From Chloroflexota bacterium (GTDB lineage: Bacteria; Chloroflexota; Dehalococcoidia; Lucifugimonadales; GCA-2712585): a stretch of DNA of 24,000 bases. Below, piece after piece: positions 21,164 to 24,000 of the stretch (the stretch's first letter is position 1; each line of letters begins with the position of its first letter). The position numbers were made by a program, and so were the translations under genes. The notes under the pieces are model-generated. The model was not told the origin of the DNA and did no database searches. It saw only the letters and a list, made by a program, of their open reading frames with translations. Where the stretch lies: positions 1 through 24,000 of the forward strand of contig JAPULR010000002.1 in assembly GCA_027294635.1 (NCBI GenBank). The letters run 5' to 3'.

Positions 21164-24000
21164 TTACAGCACCGCGTCTCGCAGCACCTCGATCAGGTGG
21201 CGGGGCCTACGGTTGGTGCCGTGCTCCACCTGCTGACGGCAGGAAATTCCCGTGACGGCTATCTCCCAGTCGTTGCTCTTGGACTCCACCGCTGGAAAGA
21301 GCTTCTCCCGCCCAATGGCCATGGAGACCTCGTAGTGCTCCCTCTCAAAGCCGAAGGCCCCCGCCATGCCGCAGCAGCCGGAATCGGCCTCCTCCACCTC
21401 GTAGTTGGGAGGAAGGCGCAGCGTGTTTAAGGAGGCCGCGGTGCCCACCAGGGCTTTCTGGTGGCAGTGGCCGTGGAACAGGACCCGTTTGGACAAGTCG
21501 GAGAACTTCAGGTCAAGGTTGCCAGCCTCTCGAAGCTTGTCTAGGAACTCGTCTATGAGGTAGCTGTTGGCCGCCACCTCTCTAGAGGCCTCATCCCGTA
21601 GCAGGTCAGGGTACTCGTCGCGGAGGGTAAGGAGGCAGCTGGGCTCGCAGCCTATGATAGGCGTTCCCTGCCGGACATGCGGGGTCAAGAGGTCCACGTT
21701 GAAGCGGGCCCTGGCTTTGGCCTCCTCCAGCAGACCCTTGGAGATCATGGGCCTGCCGCAGCACTGGCCGTTGGCCAGGATTACGCCGTATCCCGCCTTC
21801 TCCAGCACCTCCACCGCGGCGATGCCTACCTGGGGGGTGTTGTAGTTCATAAAGGTGTCGTTAAAGAGGACCACCGATCCCCTGGTTGCCGGGCCAAGGG
21901 GTTCATGACCCTTGAACCAGGCTGGGAAAGTGGTTCGAGCGAAGGTGGGAAGGGGACGCTCCGCATGGATGCCTATGAAGCGGTGCAAGAGCCAACGCAC
22001 TCCGGGCAATCTGGTGCTCCAGTTTGACACGGGCGCAAAGTGACATCCCAAGCGGCTTAAGGTGTTGATTCTGGCGAAGATTCGGGCCCTGATGGGCACC
22101 CCTCTGGCCTTGTTGTACCGATGCAGGAACTCGTATTTGAGCTTGGCCATATCTACCCCTGAGGGACACTCGCCCTTGCAGCCCTTGCACTCAAGGCAGA
22201 GGTCCAGGGCATCGTGGAGCCTTCGGCTGGTAAGGGTATCAGGTGGCAACGCGCCCGACAGGACGGCCCGCAGCAGGTTAGCCCGACCCCGGGTGGAGTG
22301 CTCCTCCTCCCGCGTAACCATGAAGGAGGGACACATGGTTCCGTCGGCCTTGCGGCATGCTCCCATGCCGTTGCACATATCCACCGCGCCGTCGAAACCT
22401 TCGTCTGCGGAGAAGTCCAGATGGGTGGAGAAGGAGAGGGCCTTGTAGCCCGGGCCGTATCTCAGATTTTCCGTCATGGGGGGGCAATCTATGATCTTGC
22501 CAGGGTTCATTATCCCTTGAGGATCGAAGGCCTCTTTGACCTGGCGAAAGGCCTGATAAATGGTGGAGCCGAACATCTTCTCCGTCCACACGCCCCTGAC
22601 GATACCGTCGCCGTGCTCACCGCTGAAGGAGCCCCCGAACTCCTTCACCAGGTCGCCTATCTCCGAGGCGATGGACACCATGGTGTCGATTCCTTCCTGG
22701 CTCTTGAGGTTCACCAGGGGCCGAATGTGCAGGCAGCCCACGCTGGCGTGGCCATAGTAACCCGCGTCGGTGCCGTGGCCCTTCACTATCTCATCGAAGC
22801 GACGGACGAACTCCCCCAATCGCTCCGGGTCCACCGCCGTGTCTTCCACAAAGGGTATGGGTTTGGCGCCGCCGCGTACACTCATCAGCAATCCCAGGCC
22901 CGCCTTGCGGACGGCCCAGACGTTTGCCTGGGCGGCCCGGTCGAGGATGGTAACGCAGTCGTAGCCCAGCCCTTTCAATGCCAGGTCCTGTTCCAGCTTC
23001 GCCGTCTTTGATGAAGCTTCTAGCTCGGATTCGCCGTTGAACTCCACTACCAGGACTGCGCCCGGCTCTCCGTTGATAAAGCTCATCTTGCGGGCGAAGC
23101 CGATGGATTCACGGGTCCGGTCCAGCAGCATCTTGCCCACCAGCTCTACCGCTGCGGGATGGTGCTCCAGGATGACCGACGTGGCCTCACATGCCTCGGC
23201 CAGCTCCCGGAAGTGGACCACCGCCAGGGCGGTCTCTTTGGGCCGTGGCACAAGGTTTACCTTGGCCTCGGTGATGATGCTCAGGGTTCCCTCGGACCCC
23301 ACCAACATCTGGGTCAGGTTAACGGGGCCTTCGTTCAGGAACTGGTCCAGATTGTAACCGCTGACCCTCCGCATGATGGTCGGGTAGCGGGCAAGAATCT
23401 CCTTACGGTTCTCCTGGGATATGCTCAAAACGCGGCGATAAATCTCGGACTCCAGGTTTTCACCGGACAGCTTGCTTTCTAGTTCGGGGCCGTCTATCGT
23501 GCCGAAGCGTGCTTCGCTTCCGTCGGACAGGACTGTATTAACCTCTATGACGTGGTCGCTGGTTTTGCCGTAGAGGACCGAGTGAGACCCGCAGGAGTTG
23601 TTGCCGATGCCCCCGCCCACCGAGGCCCGGTTGGATGTTGACGGGTCGGGGGCGTACTGGAGGCGATGTGTGAGAAGGTGTCGATTAAGCTGGTCCAGGA
23701 CCACCCCGGGCTGCACCCGGGCCCACTTTTCCTCCGGGTTGACCTCCAGGATGCCGTCCATGTGCTTGGAGAAGTCTATGACAATGGCGTGGTTCACCGT
23801 TTGACCCGCCAGGCTGGTGCCGCCGCCTCGCGGCAGGATGGGAACGCCGCTCCTGCGGGCCACGTCCACCACCGCTAATACGTCGTCCTTGTCCAGGGGG
23901 ATAACCACCCCCACCGGCTCCATCTGGTAGATGCTGGCGTCGGTGCTGTAAAGGACCTTGGAGAAGGCGTCGAAGCGCACCTCGCCGGAGACTAGCTTCC
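21164..24000 (-). CDS. FAD-linked oxidase fused to an Fe-S/CCG-domain module (GlcD-GlcF-type fusion); 5' end beyond the window
   Basis: FAD_binding_4 motif PRGGGTSLAGQ and two 4Fe-4S Cys clusters (CNGMGACRK...CP; CLECKGCKGECP). Two CCG motifs (NGQCCGRP; DSGCCGMAGAFG). The frame stays open upstream of the listed start (KLVSGEVRFDAF...) to base 24000, so the true start lies outside the window. Confidence 0.9.
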   Translation of the reverse strand, partial: KLVSGEVRFDAFSKVLYSTDASIYQMEPVGVVIPLDKDDVLAVVDVARRSGVPILPRGGGTSLAGQTVNHAIVIDFSKHMDGILEVNPEEKWARVQPGVVLDQLNRHLLTHRLQYAPDPSTSNRASVGGGIGNNSCGSHSVLYGKTSDHVIEVNTVLSDGSEARFGTIDGPELESKLSGENLESEIYRRVLSISQENRKEILARYPTIMRRVSGYNLDQFLNEGPVNLTQMLVGSEGTLSIITEAKVNLVPRPKETALAVVHFRELAEACEATSVILEHHPAAVELVGKMLLDRTRESIGFARKMSFINGEPGAVLVVEFNGESELEASSKTAKLEQDLALKGLGYDCVTILDRAAQANVWAVRKAGLGLLMSVRGGAKPIPFVEDTAVDPERLGEFVRRFDEIVKGHGTDAGYYGHASVGCLHIRPLVNLKSQEGIDTMVSIASEIGDLVKEFGGSFSGEHGDGIVRGVWTEKMFGSTIYQAFRQVKEAFDPQGIMNPGKIIDCPPMTENLRYGPGYKALSFSTHLDFSADEGFDGAVDMCNGMGACRKADGTMCPSFMVTREEEHSTRGRANLLRAVLSGALPPDTLTSRRLHDALDLCLECKGCKGECPSGVDMAKLKYEFLHRYNKARGVPIRARIFARINTLSRLGCHFAPVSNWSTRLPGVRWLLHRFIGIHAERPLPTFARTTFPAWFKGHEPLGPATRGSVVLFNDTFMNYNTPQVGIAAVEVLEKAGYGVILANGQCCGRPMISKGLLEEAKARARFNVDLLTPHVRQGTPIIGCEPSCLLTLRDEYPDLLRDEASREVAANSYLIDEFLDKLREAGNLDLKFSDLSKRVLFHGHCHQKALVGTAASLNTLRLPPNYEVEEADSGCCGMAGAFGFEREHYEVSMAIGREKLFPAVESKSNDWEIAVTGISCRQQVEHGTNRRPRHLIEVLRDAVL

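Noticed and set aside
21155-23878. Series of + strand ORFs (e.g. 22214..23011, 265 aa) opposite the FAD/Fe-S oxidase gene
   Set aside because: Same situation: antisense to a strongly supported 938+ aa CDS, GC-driven open frames, no SD sites and no family resemblance.
1-24000. Search for CRISPR arrays, tRNA/rRNA genes and intact transposases or IS elements
   Set aside because: - No regularly spaced direct repeats were found.
- No cloverleaf-compatible stretch was found; the GAATTCGAACC at about 12808 lacks acceptor and anticodon arms.
- No rRNA-like conserved blocks were found.
- No full-length transposase or integrase ORF is present; only the recombinase and primase fragments described above.

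Overview
Gene-dense bacterial-type segment (Shine-Dalgarno sites, sigma70-like promoters, overlapping stop/start codons); the taxon cannot be assigned from sequence alone. Base composition is two-state. Hand counts of single 60-nt lines give about 42-47% GC in most of 1-900 and 1900-12750. They give about 62-70% GC in 900-1900 and most of 12850-15750 and 16600-24000.

Low-GC part: a 5'-partial class III adenylate cyclase, four cytidylate-kinase-like paralogs (three closely related at the DNA level), a LivK-type lipoprotein solute-binding protein, a transglutaminase-family protein, and a P-II protein with an aberrant T-loop divergent from a type II glutamine synthetase. It also holds an MBL-fold hydrolase and a cNMP-binding::circularly-permuted ATP-grasp fusion translationally coupled to an alpha-E protein.

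High-GC part: flavin reductase, MMPL transporter, CitE-like lyase, FolB, TauE/SafE permease, and a 5'-partial GlcD/GlcF-type FAD/Fe-S oxidase.

Between the two lies a roughly 2.4 kb gene graveyard: resolvase HTH remnant, CHC2 primase zinc-finger stub, and a frameshifted alpha/beta-hydrolase tail.

Most interesting candidate: a stand-alone proteasome-beta-like Ntn hydrolase (15811-16515) together with the ATP-grasp, alpha-E and transglutaminase genes. These make up a scattered Anbu-type neighbourhood, here apparently wired to cyclic-nucleotide sensing. No rRNA, tRNA or CRISPR array was recognised.
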